From Candidatus Sulfotelmatobacter sp. (GTDB lineage: Bacteria > Acidobacteriota > Terriglobia > Terriglobales > Acidobacteriaceae): a DNA stretch of 64,000 nucleotides. The DNA lies in contig JASHOH010000122.1 of the NCBI GenBank assembly GCA_030041215.1, positions 7,429 through 71,428 of the forward strand, read 5' to 3'. The notes beneath the pieces were generated by a model. That model had not been told where the DNA came from. It made no database searches and saw only the letters and a program-made list of their open reading frames with translations. Each line of letters begins with the position of its first letter. The first letter of the stretch is position 1. Position numbers and translations under genes: made by a program. This document shows, piece after piece, positions 18,170-28,435 of the stretch.

Positions 18170-19180
18170 CTACTTACCCGTCAACTGCCGCGCAATCTTG
18201 CAATACAGCTCAATGGCCTCAACCAACTCTTTTTTTTCTATGAACTCGCCCTCGGTGTGGGCTACATGAATCGAACCGGGGCCGATCAACAGCGGCTCGC
18301 CCCAATTCGTCAGACGCGGAATATCGGTAGTGAATGCAGCAATCATCGTAGGCAGTCCGTCCACCGTGCGCAGGCGCACGAAAGGAAGCTCCAGAGGAAA
18401 TTCGATTTTCACATCCTTGCCAGCCGTTGCCACGATCTCGCGGCGCAGATCGTGAGTGGGCCCGATCAGCCGGTACACCAGGTCTGCATGCGCGTGATCT
18501 GCGATGACATTGGGAGCGCGGCCGCCTTCGATCAAGCCAATATTCACCGTGCATGGGCCGATTTCAGAATCGCTCGGCAGCGGCATCGCCCGCAGCCGCG
18601 CAAGCGCCGCGATCAGCTTGTCGATGGCGGAATCGCCAAGCTCCGGATACGCCGAATGCGCCATGCGCCCCGAAGCCGTGACCTCAACCCGCAGAGTTCC
18701 TTTTGACGCGACGGCCACGCGGTTGTCGGTAGGCTCACCATTCACGAGATACTTGCTTCTGACCCTCTTGGCGGCCGCATAATCATTGGCGATCTTTGCG
18801 CCCAGACTGTCGCGTTCTTCCCCGGCAACGAAAAGAAGTCCAACATGAATTGACTCGCGCCGCAGTTGCTGAGCGGCAGCGACCTGCGCCGCGATAATGC
18901 CTTTCGCGTCGCAAGCGCCGCGCCCGTAAATTCGCGTTGCATCTTCGGAAGAAGGAACGAACGGCGGCACGGTGTCCATATGTGTTGAGAAAACCACCGC
19001 CGGATGCGGCTCTTCGGGCGACGTAGCGTACACATTGAACCGCTCGCCTTCGACCAGAATCTTGCGCGTTTGATATCCGACGCGGCAAAGCTCGCCATAA
19101 AGATAATGCCCAACCGCGGCTTCATTGCCCGAGATCGATTCAATGTCGATAAGTTGACGGGTCAGCGTGATCGCGTCCAT
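18170..19180 (-). CDS. M20 family metallopeptidase (ArgE/DapE-like deacylase)
   Basis: Metal-binding motifs HMDTVP, GRGACDAKG, GEERDS, and a C-terminal H in GPGSIHVAHT. Confidence 0.8.
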   Translation of the reverse strand: MDAITLTRQLIDIESISGNEAAVGHYLYGELCRVGYQTRKILVEGERFNVYATSPEEPHPAVVFSTHMDTVPPFVPSSEDATRIYGRGACDAKGIIAAQVAAAQQLRRESIHVGLLFVAGEERDSLGAKIANDYAAAKRVRSKYLVNGEPTDNRVAVASKGTLRVEVTASGRMAHSAYPELGDSAIDKLIAALARLRAMPLPSDSEIGPCTVNIGLIEGGRAPNVIADHAHADLVYRLIGPTHDLRREIVATAGKDVKIEFPLELPFVRLRTVDGLPTMIAAFTTDIPRLTNWGEPLLIGPGSIHVAHTEGEFIEKKELVEAIELYCKIARQLTGK

Positions 19181-19217
19181 GAAAAGAGAATAAACTAATG
19201 CGAGCCATCACAGGCCC

Positions 19218-19892
19218 GTGACGGTAGACAATTCAACCATCCGCTCCTTCTTCCTCGAAGGCCCCTCCGGCCGGCTCGAGGCCTTGCTGAACGCCGGTGC
19301 ACACAATGCCACGCACGCGGCTGTCATCTGCCATCCTCATCCCTTGTTCGGCGGGACGCTGCATAACAAAGTCGTCTACCACACGATGAAAGCGCTGAAC
19401 AGTTTCGGATTTCCCGTGCTGCGCTTCAACTTTCGCGGCGCAGGGCTGAGCCACGGTGAACACGATCAAGGCGCAGGCGAAGTCGATGACGTTCGAGCCG
19501 CGCTCGAATGGCTGGATGCGGAATATCGTCTGCCGCTAATCCTTGCTGGATTTTCTTTCGGGGCCGCCGTAGGTTTGCGGGCCGCATGTCCTGATGATCG
19601 CGTGAAAGCGCTGATCAGTTTGGGAACTCCTGTCGCGACTTTAGCGGCCGGCGACGAAGTGCCTCGCGAATACACGTTCGCTTTTCTGAGTGCCTGCCGC
19701 AAGCCAAAGCTATTCGTGAGTGGCTCGCGAGATCAGTTCGGCCCGCGCGCAAAACTGGAAGCAGTGCTCGCAGTGGCCGCTGAGCCAAAGAAGTTGGTCA
19801 TCATCGAAGGCGCAGATCACTTCTTTGAAGGAAAGCTCAGGGAATTGAGGCAGACGATTAAAGAGTGGGTAAGCGAAGCTATCGTTTCTTAG
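19218..19892 (+). CDS. Alpha/beta hydrolase (COG2945-like)
   Basis: HPHPLFGGTLHNKVV, nucleophile elbow GFSFGA, and a C-terminal GADHFF histidine motif. Confidence 0.75.
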   Translation: MTVDNSTIRSFFLEGPSGRLEALLNAGAHNATHAAVICHPHPLFGGTLHNKVVYHTMKALNSFGFPVLRFNFRGAGLSHGEHDQGAGEVDDVRAALEWLDAEYRLPLILAGFSFGAAVGLRAACPDDRVKALISLGTPVATLAAGDEVPREYTFAFLSACRKPKLFVSGSRDQFGPRAKLEAVLAVAAEPKKLVIIEGADHFFEGKLRELRQTIKEWVSEAIVS

Positions 19893-20010
19893 CGCCGTGC
19901 GTCGGCTGGTTCGCCGTTTCAGGGGTGCGCAGATTTGCGGCCTAAGGCAAGCCTCATGGACCTCTGTTCCCGGCCGACACGCTCGCGTAATAGCGCGCAT
20001 AATATTTCTT

Positions 20011-20385
20011 ATGCAACCGGAGAAAAGTGTCCGTCGGTTGAAGACGTATGCCGGCGCTCAAGGCTATGTCTACCAGTACTATTTCGTCGGCCAGCGCCCG
20101 GCATTGGCAGAAGATCCCGAAGCGCCGGCCACGGAATTTATCTTCGACGTGACCTCAGACCGCAAGCTGACCTATGCAATCAGCGTATTTTTGGGGGAAG
20201 GACCGGTCACGACGTGGGCGGCTGCTCACGGACGTCCGCTGACAGAAGCAGAACAGTACGCTGCTGCCAAGCTGCGTTTATTTCGCGCTTTTGACGAACT
20301 GGATGACATAAAAAGTCAGGGGCGTCGGTTTTCAATCGATGGACCATATCTCGAAGAGATGCTTGCCGGCATAGGCATTGAATAG
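20011..20385 (+). CDS. Hypothetical protein
   Basis: First ATG in the ORF opened by GTG 19897. No family recognised. Confidence 0.4.
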   Translation: MQPEKSVRRLKTYAGAQGYVYQYYFVGQRPALAEDPEAPATEFIFDVTSDRKLTYAISVFLGEGPVTTWAAAHGRPLTEAEQYAAAKLRLFRAFDELDDIKSQGRRFSIDGPYLEEMLAGIGIE

Positions 20386-20565
20386 CTGCAAGCGGGGGGA
20401 GGGTGTGATTCACATCACATCCTCCAGTGACGCTCGCCGTTTCTTCCCGCCCTATTCCCTTTGCAGAATATAATGCGTGGAAAGGATGGGGGTTCGCCTG
20501 ATCGTCGAAAGGCTGGATCGTCAAGAAGTAAGAGAGCAGTACCTTTTGGCAGCTTGCATTAAACT

Positions 20566-21402
20566 TTGCGGACTCTGATACTTACCTCACCTATGCCATT
20601 GCTTTGGTTGCGCTTTGCGCTGGCTTGCTACTTTATCGGGCTGGTCTATGCATTTTTTGCCCTCAGGCGCACCAGCGAGCTTTTCAGCCGTATCGCGCTC
20701 CATGCCGCCAGCCTGGGCATGGTTTTTCATTTCGTTTCTCTGGTTGAGCTTTTTCTTTCCGGACAGGTACTTTGGGCTTTAGGTCACAACGGCGAGTCGC
20801 TCCTGGGTTTTCTCTCGATGACGTTTTTCATGATCATCTACGCGATCTATAAGACGACTTCGCCTGGGGTGGTCGTATTCCCATTTGTTTTCTTTCTGAC
20901 TTTTGTGGCCGCCGTGGATCAGCAACCGGTGCTGCTTACGTCTTTCGTGAAGCACAAAGGGTGGCTGATTGCCCACATCATTTTAATCTTCACCGGATAC
21001 GCAGCCCTCGTCTTGAGTTTCGGCGCCAGCTTGCTTTATCTGCTGCAAGAGCGCCGACTGAAGGCGAAAAAGCCGAGCAGCCTGATTTCTTTTCTCCCTG
21101 CGCTCGAAACCATCGATCAGATCGGCTACCGCTCTCTGCTCTTAGGCTTCCCGTTCATGACTTTAGGTCTGATCACCGGCTCAATCGTCGCCATATCGGC
21201 CTACGGCCATGTGGACTTCAAAGATCCCAAAATCCTGCTCTCGATTTTGATGTGGGTCGTGTACATGATCATGGTGTTCACCCGCTGGAACTCAGGGTGG
21301 CGCGGACGCCGCGCAGCAGTACTGGCAACTGTCACGGTTGTTGCCGCGATTGTGGCGTGGGCGGCAAATTATTTCTCGACGATTCACAGGTTTGCCTCAT
21401 GA
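20566..21402 (+). CDS. CcsA/HemX-like cytochrome c assembly family membrane protein
   Basis: Eight hydrophobic segments and a Trp/Arg-rich C-terminal motif (MWVVYMIMVFTRWNSGWRGRRAA). Its stop overlaps the hemA start (ATGA). The start is uncertain (TTG 20566 or ATG 20593). Confidence 0.7.
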   Translation: MRTLILTSPMPLLWLRFALACYFIGLVYAFFALRRTSELFSRIALHAASLGMVFHFVSLVELFLSGQVLWALGHNGESLLGFLSMTFFMIIYAIYKTTSPGVVVFPFVFFLTFVAAVDQQPVLLTSFVKHKGWLIAHIILIFTGYAALVLSFGASLLYLLQERRLKAKKPSSLISFLPALETIDQIGYRSLLLGFPFMTLGLITGSIVAISAYGHVDFKDPKILLSILMWVVYMIMVFTRWNSGWRGRRAAVLATVTVVAAIVAWAANYFSTIHRFAS

Positions 21403-22712
21403 GATACCAGCTTATCGGCGTGAACCACAAGAGCGCTCCGCTCGAAGTCCGCGAGCGGCTGGCGATTCCTGAATCGAAGCTGCCCGATTGCTGCCGCGAT
21501 CTCACCGCACATCCGGGAATCGAAGAGGCCATGATCATCTCCACCTGCAATCGTGTCGAGCTGGTAACGCACACAACCAACGGTTCGGCCGATCTACGGG
21601 GATTTTTGCATGACCACTTCCATCTGAAGGCCGAAGATCTCGATCCACATTTGTATGAATTCCGCGAAAAGGATGCGGTGCGGCACGTGTTCCGCGTAGC
21701 TTCGAGCCTGGATTCCATGGTGGTAGGTGAGGCCCAGATTCTAGGCCAGGTCAAAGAAGCCTACGCAACGGCCCGCGCCGTCGGAGCGCTACGCGGGCAG
21801 TTGGATCAGCTTTTTTCACGCGCTTTTGCTGTGGCCAAGCGCGTGCGGACTGAAACAGCTGTTGGATCGTCCTCGGTTTCGATCGCTTCAGTCGCGGTCG
21901 AGCTTGCCAAGAAGATTTTCGGCAGTTTGCATGGCAAGAATGTCTTCATCGTCGGCGCGGGCAAGATGAGCGAGCTGGCGGCCCGCCATCTCATGGCTCA
22001 CGGCTGCGGCTCGATCTTTGTTGCCAACCGCACCTACGATCGGGCGATTGGGCTGGCACAGAGATTTAACGGGCAGGCGATCAAGTTTGAGGATTTATAC
22101 AACTCCTGCGACCGCGCCGATATCGTCATCACTTCCACAGGCGCGCCGCATGCCATTTTCCGCCGCGAGCACGGCGAGCAATTTCTTTCGCGCCGCAAGA
22201 ACCGGCCTATGTTCTTCATCGACATTGCGGTTCCGCGCGACGTCGCCGCCGAAATGGCCGATCTCGACGGCATCTTCGTCTATGACATCGACGATTTACA
22301 GCAAGCGGTGTCGAGCCACGTCGCCGACCGCCGCAAAGAGGCCGAGCGCGCCGAAGCCATCATCGCGGCGGAAGTCGAGAAATTCGAAGCCCGGACGCAC
22401 ACGCTCGACGTAGTGCCGACCATCGTTTCCTTGCAGGATCATTTGGAGACAATCCGCCAGGCGGAAATCGACCGTGTGCGCGGCCGCATGGGCGCACTTA
22501 CGCCGGAGCAGGAAATGGCGGTCGAAGCCCTGACGCGGGGCATCATCAATAAAGTGATGCACACGCCCATTACGACGTTGAAGTCCGCGGCAAGGGAATC
22601 AGAGGCGACAACGGTAATCGATGTTGTGCGCCGGCTGTTTAATCTCCAGTTAAAACAACAAGCTGCCCCGCAGCCTTCAGGCAAGAAAGACGAAGTGGGG
22701 ACGCGCCAGTAA
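21399..22712 (+). CDS. hemA: Glutamyl-tRNA reductase
   Basis: Canonical N-terminus [19 protein letters not shown], catalytic Cys motif [14 protein letters not shown] site VGAGKMSEL. Confidence 0.92.
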   Translation: MRYQLIGVNHKSAPLEVRERLAIPESKLPDCCRDLTAHPGIEEAMIISTCNRVELVTHTTNGSADLRGFLHDHFHLKAEDLDPHLYEFREKDAVRHVFRVASSLDSMVVGEAQILGQVKEAYATARAVGALRGQLDQLFSRAFAVAKRVRTETAVGSSSVSIASVAVELAKKIFGSLHGKNVFIVGAGKMSELAARHLMAHGCGSIFVANRTYDRAIGLAQRFNGQAIKFEDLYNSCDRADIVITSTGAPHAIFRREHGEQFLSRRKNRPMFFIDIAVPRDVAAEMADLDGIFVYDIDDLQQAVSSHVADRRKEAERAEAIIAAEVEKFEARTHTLDVVPTIVSLQDHLETIRQAEIDRVRGRMGALTPEQEMAVEALTRGIINKVMHTPITTLKSAARESEATTVIDVVRRLFNLQLKQQAAPQPSGKKDEVGTRQ

Positions 22713-23653
22713 TGGCCTACCTCCGTATCGGCTCTCGCGGCTCGCAACTCGCCCTCTGGCAAGCCAATCACATCTCCGCGCTCCTCCGCGCCCGCGGACA
22801 CGAAGTTGAAATCGAAATCATCCACACCACCGGCGACAAAATTACTGACGTTGCGCTCGCCAAAGTCGGCACCAAGGGCATGTTTACTAAAGAGATCGAA
22901 GAAGCGCTCGCTGCTGGGCGCGTCGATCTCGCCGTGCATTCGCTCAAAGACCTGCCCACCGAACTTCCGCCCGGCTTCGAAATCGCCGCGATCACAGAAA
23001 GACAGGATCCGCGCGACGCTTTCTGCTCGCGTCGCTACTTGGATATCAACGACCTGCCAAACGGCGCGCGCATCGGCACTTCCAGCCTGCGACGCCAGGC
23101 GCAACTCAAGGCCATTCGTCCCGATCTCGCAATTCATCCTTTGCGCGGCAATGTTGATACTCGTTTGCGCAAACTGGAACAGGGTGAATATGATGCAGTT
23201 ATTCTTGCCTCCGCCGGTCTGAAGCGCTTAGGCAAAACAGAATTAATCAAGCAGATCATTCCCACCGAGATCATGTGCCCCGCCGCGGGACAGGGGGCGT
23301 TGGGCATTGAAATTCGTGAAGGCGACGCGAAGACACGCGATCTGCTGAAATTCCTCGATGACCCAAAAGCCCGCGCTGCCACAACCTGCGAACGGGCCTT
23401 GCTCAACAGTCTCGGGGGAGGTTGCCAGGTCCCCATCGGCGCATTTGCGGAGATGCGGAACGGCAAACTCCATCTCGAATCCCTGGTCGCCGACCCCGAT
23501 GGCTCCCGACTCCTGCGCGATTCCCGTGATGGCAATTTCGAAGATCCCGAAAAACTCGGCACCGACACCGGCGCCGCCCTGCTCGCCCGCGGTGGAAACA
23601 AAATTCTCGAGGCCGTCTATGGCCGTGGCATCGCGGTACTGCCGCAATCGTGA
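22712..23653 (+). CDS. hemC: Hydroxymethylbilane synthase (porphobilinogen deaminase)
   Basis: [24 protein letters not shown], cofactor-Cys motif GGCQVPIGA. The start overlaps the hemA stop (TAATG). Confidence 0.95.
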   Translation: MAYLRIGSRGSQLALWQANHISALLRARGHEVEIEIIHTTGDKITDVALAKVGTKGMFTKEIEEALAAGRVDLAVHSLKDLPTELPPGFEIAAITERQDPRDAFCSRRYLDINDLPNGARIGTSSLRRQAQLKAIRPDLAIHPLRGNVDTRLRKLEQGEYDAVILASAGLKRLGKTELIKQIIPTEIMCPAAGQGALGIEIREGDAKTRDLLKFLDDPKARAATTCERALLNSLGGGCQVPIGAFAEMRNGKLHLESLVADPDGSRLLRDSRDGNFEDPEKLGTDTGAALLARGGNKILEAVYGRGIAVLPQS

Positions 23654-23659
23654 ACGCAA

Positions 23660-24187
23660 ATGAAAGCTCGCTCCGTCCTCCTCCGACTTCTGGGTGGCGC
23701 CAAAGATTCCCGCGCGCTGAGCCGCTGGATCAACCTCTACCCGCCTTTCCTCGGTGCGGGCATTCGTGTCGTCCGCATTGCTCCCGACATGAAAGCGGTC
23801 GACGTGGAAATGAAGCTGCGCTGGTGGAATGCCAACTACGTCGGCACGCAGTTCGGCGGGTCGCTCTTTGCTATGACCGATCCGTTCTATATGCTCATGT
23901 TGATGCATCATCTCGGCCGCGACTACCTTGTCTGGGATAAGTCGGCGACCATCCGCTATCGCAAACCGGGCCGCGGCACCATGCGCGCGGAATTTCGCCT
24001 CAACGATAGCCAGATCGACGACATTCGAGAGAAACTGAAGACGCTGCCGAAATATGAGCCGGTGTTTACCGTCGAAGTGAAAGATGAGCAGAGTGTAGTC
24101 ATTGCGGAAGTGGAAAAGCTCTTACATGTCCGCCTGAAGGAAGCTGTCCTCCAGCCAACCGGCGATAGAACGCGGCCCACGCCGTGA
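23660..24187 (+). CDS. DUF4442 (YiiD C-terminal-like) hotdog-fold, thioesterase-like protein
   Basis: Pattern NLYPPFLGAGIRV, NYVGTQFGGSLFAMTDPFYMLML, VWDKSATIRYRKPG is typical of DUF4442. Confidence 0.7.
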   Translation: MKARSVLLRLLGGAKDSRALSRWINLYPPFLGAGIRVVRIAPDMKAVDVEMKLRWWNANYVGTQFGGSLFAMTDPFYMLMLMHHLGRDYLVWDKSATIRYRKPGRGTMRAEFRLNDSQIDDIREKLKTLPKYEPVFTVEVKDEQSVVIAEVEKLLHVRLKEAVLQPTGDRTRPTP

Positions 24188-24210
24188 GGTGTGGGAAGAA
24201 AATCTAATCG

Positions 24211-24888
24211 ATGAACCAGCCCGAAGGGGCGAAAGAAACTCACTCCGTGTACATCCCCGAACACTTCCGCGTACGCCGCCACGAAGACGCCATAGCCTTC
24301 ATGCGCGCGAATCCGTTTACCATTCTGATCTCTTCTACTGACGAGGGCCCCTACGCGACGCACCTGTCGCTGTTCGTCGATGGTTCTGGCGAAAAGCTGC
24401 TTCTGCGCGGCCACGTCGCCAAGGCCAACCCGCACTGGCAATATCTGAAACAGCAGCCGCAATGTCTTACGATTTTTCACGGACCGCACGCTTACATTTC
24501 GCCCAGTAACTACACGGCTCGCGAAAGCGTTCCTACGTGGAACTATGCCGCCGTGCATGTGTATGGAGAGGCCCGCATTTTCTCATCCGAATCCGACGTT
24601 CACCTGATGCTCGAAGAACTCATCCAAACCTTCGAGCCTCCCTATCGCGAACAGTGGGAGAGTTTAAGACAAACCTTTCGCGAAAACATGCTGCACAGTA
24701 TCGTGGGCTTCGAAATCACTGCGAGTCGAATTGAAGGCAAGTTCAAACTTAGCCAGAATCGTCCTCGTCCCGATCAGGCGAACGTGATGGCGTCGCTTGA
24801 AAAATCCGCAGATTCGACGGCTTCGGGGGTTGCGCGGATGATGAAGGATCTGAACCTCGGCAAAATTGCCGAGAAGAAGAGCGAATGA
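24211..24888 (+). CDS. PaiB-like FMN-binding split-barrel protein
   Basis: N-terminal YIPEHFRV...AFMRANPFTILIS, HVAKANPHW, GPHAYISPSNY, KFKLSQNRP, as in the PaiB/FMN_bind_2 family. Confidence 0.75.
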   Translation: MNQPEGAKETHSVYIPEHFRVRRHEDAIAFMRANPFTILISSTDEGPYATHLSLFVDGSGEKLLLRGHVAKANPHWQYLKQQPQCLTIFHGPHAYISPSNYTARESVPTWNYAAVHVYGEARIFSSESDVHLMLEELIQTFEPPYREQWESLRQTFRENMLHSIVGFEITASRIEGKFKLSQNRPRPDQANVMASLEKSADSTASGVARMMKDLNLGKIAEKKSE

Positions 24889-25709
24889 GACGGCAGATTA
24901 CACGCGCAGAATCCAAGCCGCTTTCGGGCGTGCGCGTGCTGGTGGGCCGTGCCCGCCATCAGGCGGGAGCGCTTTCGGCAGAGCTGCGCAAGCTGGGCGC
25001 GACAGTAATCGAAATTCCTTTCATCCAAATCCGCAAGCCGCGGAGCTTCCAGCCACTCGATTCTGCGCTGAAGAATTTGAAGAACTACGACTGGCTCATC
25101 CTCACCAGCGTAAACGGCGTTGAGGCGATGTGGGAGCGAATGGAAAAGCTAGCCCTGGCAAAAACGGATCTCGCGAAGATTCGCATGGCCGCCATCGGCC
25201 CGGCTACAAAAAAGGCCATTGAACAACGAGGAACGAAAGTTGACGTTGTCCCGAAAGAATATGTCGCCGAATCGGTCGTCCGCAGCCTGAAAAATAAGGT
25301 GAAAGGGAAGCGGGTCCTGCTGGTGCGCGCCAAAGTCGCCCGTGACGTCATCCCGCGCGAGTTGCGAAAAGCTGGAGCAGAAATCGATGTCGCCGAAGCG
25401 TACGAAACCGTGGTTCCCCAATCTTCCCAAAAGCGGTTGCAAGCGGCGCTTAAGGATCCGAAGCGCCGCCCACACGTGGTCACGTTTACCAGTTCTTCGA
25501 CTGTAAGAAATTTCGCGGAATTATCAGGCGTGGGCAGGAAAACCGCATCCAACCTCGATGGCGTTCAAATGGCCTCCATCGGCCCCGTGACTTCTTCAAC
25601 TCTGCGGGAATTTAATTTACCCGTAGATATTGCTGCCAAGGAATTCACCATCCCCGGGCTCATCGATGCCATTGTGCGCTCCGTAGCGAAGCGCATGACT
25701 ACTCGTTGA
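24885..25709 (+). CDS. hemD: Uroporphyrinogen-III synthase
   Basis: LSGVRVLVGRARHQAGALSAELRKLGATVIEIPFIQI, WLILTSVNGV, VTFTSSSTV. The start overlaps the paiB-like stop (ATGA). Confidence 0.85.
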   Translation: MRRQITRAESKPLSGVRVLVGRARHQAGALSAELRKLGATVIEIPFIQIRKPRSFQPLDSALKNLKNYDWLILTSVNGVEAMWERMEKLALAKTDLAKIRMAAIGPATKKAIEQRGTKVDVVPKEYVAESVVRSLKNKVKGKRVLLVRAKVARDVIPRELRKAGAEIDVAEAYETVVPQSSQKRLQAALKDPKRRPHVVTFTSSSTVRNFAELSGVGRKTASNLDGVQMASIGPVTSSTLREFNLPVDIAAKEFTIPGLIDAIVRSVAKRMTTR

Positions 25710-27690
25710 GCGAGCAACTGCAATCTGCCGGGACAACATGGGCCAATAAGAAATCGGCCACGCGCTTATATGCATCGATCTGGTTTTCTACTCGTGCAAA
25801 GCCGTGGCCTTCATTGTCGTAAATTTTGTACTCTACGGTCCCACCACGTTTATTGATCGCGTCCACCACCTGCTGCGTCTCTTCCTTCGGGCAGCGCGGA
25901 TCATGCCCTCCCGCCAGCAGCAATAAGGGCGCTTTGATCTGGTCTATAAAGTTAATCGGCGAGCGGTCTTCATACAAGGCTTTGTTCTTGACCGGATCGC
26001 CCATCGTCGCCAGGTCCGATTGCTGAAGCACTGGATCTTCATTTTCGATTTCCGTAAACCAGTTTACGAAGGGCACAATCGGCACACCAGCGGCCCAAAG
26101 GTCGGGAGCCTTGGTCACCGACATCATGCTTAGATATCCTCCGTAGCTGCCGCCCATCACTGCGATTTTTTTCGGATCGAGATGACCGGTTTGCTTGATC
26201 CAATCCACACCGGCCAGCACGTCCTGCAAATCTCCGCCGCCCATGTCGAACAGATTGGCTTGCTGAAATTCCTTTCCGTATCCGGTCGATCCGCGATAAT
26301 TGGGCGCGAGCACCATGTATCCTTGATTCACCGCGAACTGCACGAAGCGGTTGAACGAATTCATGGTCTGCGCCGCGGGTCCGCCATGAATGTAAACGAT
26401 GGCCGCGTTCTGCCCGTTGCGCGCCATGTTGTAGGGCACATATAAGAAGGCTGAGATCGTCCATTTCCCGTCGCGACTCGGATAATGCACCAGATATGGC
26501 TCGACCATATCTTCCGAGCGCACACCTCCAATCAGCGAATGCGTGATCTGATGCGACTTGCCGGTCGCGAGCGTATAAACCCAAAGATCGCCCGGAGCGG
26601 TCGGGCCGTTGTGAAAGTAAAGGAGCCGCGAGCCGTCTTTGGTAAAGGCAGAGTGTCCACCAACGGGCTCATTCACCCCCTTAGGGAACGACAATGCGGT
26701 CGATTTACCAGTTGCGAGATCGTGCAGATAGATATCTTTATTACCGTCGACATTTGCGGTGAACGTGATGCGCTTGCCATCGGGAGAAAATTCAGCGGCG
26801 CGAATTTCCCATTTATCCCTTGTGACCCACGAAATGTTTTTCGTCGCAATTTCCAGCAAGCCGGCATTGTCGTAGCCATTTCCGGCATTGGACGTGATCA
26901 GCACATGCTTGCCATCGGGAGAGATGTCATGGTTCGAGTAAATCTTTTCTCCCTCATGCGGCGTCAGCAGTGTACTTTGACCCGTCGCGACGTCGACGAT
27001 AAAAATGTTCGAATCTGTACCCTTGGCCTGTTCCTGCGTGTAGACGATGTATTTGCCGTCCTTCGACCACACCGGATTCGAATTGCGCTTGTCCTGAGGC
27101 GTGCCCGTCGTCAGGTGCTTCACCTCGCGCATCAGTGTGTCGTAGATATCGATTTCGTACGCCGCAGAAGTCTTCGGCTTGACGAGATACGCGAGATAGC
27201 GTCCGTCGGGTGACCAGGTTGGGTCGATTTCCGAGATCTCACGCGTGTTTGTGAGATTCACGACTTTGCCGGTCTTAGGCGAAATCAGAAAAATGTCCCA
27301 CAGCTCGTCGCCATCGTAGTCCGATTGATAGGCGATCCACTTGCCGTCCGGCGACCATGCCGGCAAGGCTTCTCGCTGATCGCTGACTGTGAGTTGCGTT
27401 GGCCATCCGCCTTCGGCAGAAACAACCCAAATGTTGTTGCGACCGCTCATGTTGGAAATAAATGCAATGCTCTTGCCGTCGGGCGACCAGGTTGGCCGCC
27501 CGATCTGCCGCGTCATGTAGAGCTTCTCGATGGTCAAACTTTTAGGTTCGACCTGCGCATTGGGCTTGGACGCGACCTGCTTGGGATCGGTGATGGCTTG
27601 AGGTGCAGGCAAGGTTTGAGCGGCAACTATGCTTTCAGCGAGAACAGTGCTCATAAGAATGACGATAGCAAATGGGATCGAAGTGCGCAT
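25699..27690 (-). CDS. S9 family serine peptidase with N-terminal TolB/WD40-like beta-propeller
   Basis: Repeated PxWSPDGK blades. Catalytic Ser GGSYGGYL, Asp in GGHDPRCP, His in EGHGF. Confidence 0.9.
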   Translation of the reverse strand: MRTSIPFAIVILMSTVLAESIVAAQTLPAPQAITDPKQVASKPNAQVEPKSLTIEKLYMTRQIGRPTWSPDGKSIAFISNMSGRNNIWVVSAEGGWPTQLTVSDQREALPAWSPDGKWIAYQSDYDGDELWDIFLISPKTGKVVNLTNTREISEIDPTWSPDGRYLAYLVKPKTSAAYEIDIYDTLMREVKHLTTGTPQDKRNSNPVWSKDGKYIVYTQEQAKGTDSNIFIVDVATGQSTLLTPHEGEKIYSNHDISPDGKHVLITSNAGNGYDNAGLLEIATKNISWVTRDKWEIRAAEFSPDGKRITFTANVDGNKDIYLHDLATGKSTALSFPKGVNEPVGGHSAFTKDGSRLLYFHNGPTAPGDLWVYTLATGKSHQITHSLIGGVRSEDMVEPYLVHYPSRDGKWTISAFLYVPYNMARNGQNAAIVYIHGGPAAQTMNSFNRFVQFAVNQGYMVLAPNYRGSTGYGKEFQQANLFDMGGGDLQDVLAGVDWIKQTGHLDPKKIAVMGGSYGGYLSMMSVTKAPDLWAAGVPIVPFVNWFTEIENEDPVLQQSDLATMGDPVKNKALYEDRSPINFIDQIKAPLLLLAGGHDPRCPKEETQQVVDAINKRGGTVEYKIYDNEGHGFARVENQIDAYKRVADFLLAHVVPADCSCSLNE

Positions 27691-27851
27691 GGCAGCGGTG
27701 ACCGTTTAGTGGGATCGAAGCGAAAGTGTAGCAGAGGTGACACGCGAAAGTTCGGACGGTGGGGTCTTGCAGGAAGCAAGTCCGGCACTTCCACGTACTC
27801 GTTTTTCGGCGTAGCGTGTACTGGCCGAAGCCCGATAGCTGAAGGACTCTT

Positions 27852-28421
27852 ATGACTCATTCCCAACTTGTGCAAAAAGCCGTCCGCTGGCTGCGCAACT
27901 ACCGCTGCGGAGTCATCCTCTCGGAGCAGGCCTGCGTCAGCGGGGAGATGCCCGACGCAATCGGCTGGAAGCGCGCCTGCCATTCCGTGCTCGTCGAATG
28001 CAAAATCAGCCGCTCCGACTTTCTTGCCGACCGCGCCAAACCCTTCCGCCTGAAACCGAATCGGGGAGTCGGCTGCGAGCGCTTCTATCTTGTTCCTGTT
28101 GGACTAATCAATATCGAAGAATTGCCGCAAGGATGGGGACTGCTCGAAGTCGTTCGCGGAAAGATCCAAATGACCCTGCCTTCCGCGAAAAACCTGCGCA
28201 GCGCTTATGGATTTCGCTGTGAGATGAATCTGCTGTTGGCCAGCCTGCGCCGCGTCGAACTCCGCATCGAACCGCAAAGCATTACCGATTTTCTAAAATG
28301 GAAGAACCGCATGGCCGAGTACAATCGCGGCTCACTGCCTGAAGGATTGATCCCCGCGGAACAAGAATTCAACGTCTTCCTGGAAAACGAAGCCGAACTC
28401 ACAACGGAGCAGACCAACTGA
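27852..28421 (+). CDS. MmcB-like PD-(D/E)xK nuclease-fold protein (putative DNA repair)
   Basis: Core MPDAIGW...VLVECKISRSDFLADRAKP...CERFYLVP...GWGLLEV resembles the MmcB/DUF1052 pattern (D...E-x-K followed by SRxDFxxD). Confidence 0.55.
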   Translation: MTHSQLVQKAVRWLRNYRCGVILSEQACVSGEMPDAIGWKRACHSVLVECKISRSDFLADRAKPFRLKPNRGVGCERFYLVPVGLINIEELPQGWGLLEVVRGKIQMTLPSAKNLRSAYGFRCEMNLLLASLRRVELRIEPQSITDFLKWKNRMAEYNRGSLPEGLIPAEQEFNVFLENEAELTTEQTN

Positions 28422-28435
28422 CCGCGGGCGTAATC

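Noticed and set aside
20961-21398. Long N-terminal extension of the hemA ORF (the track ORF starts at 20961, giving 583 aa).
   Set aside because: The extension overlaps the ccsA/hemX-like gene in another frame and has Arg/Pro-rich shadow-ORF composition. The canonical HemA N-terminus [19 protein letters not shown] starts at ATG 21399, overlapping the upstream stop.
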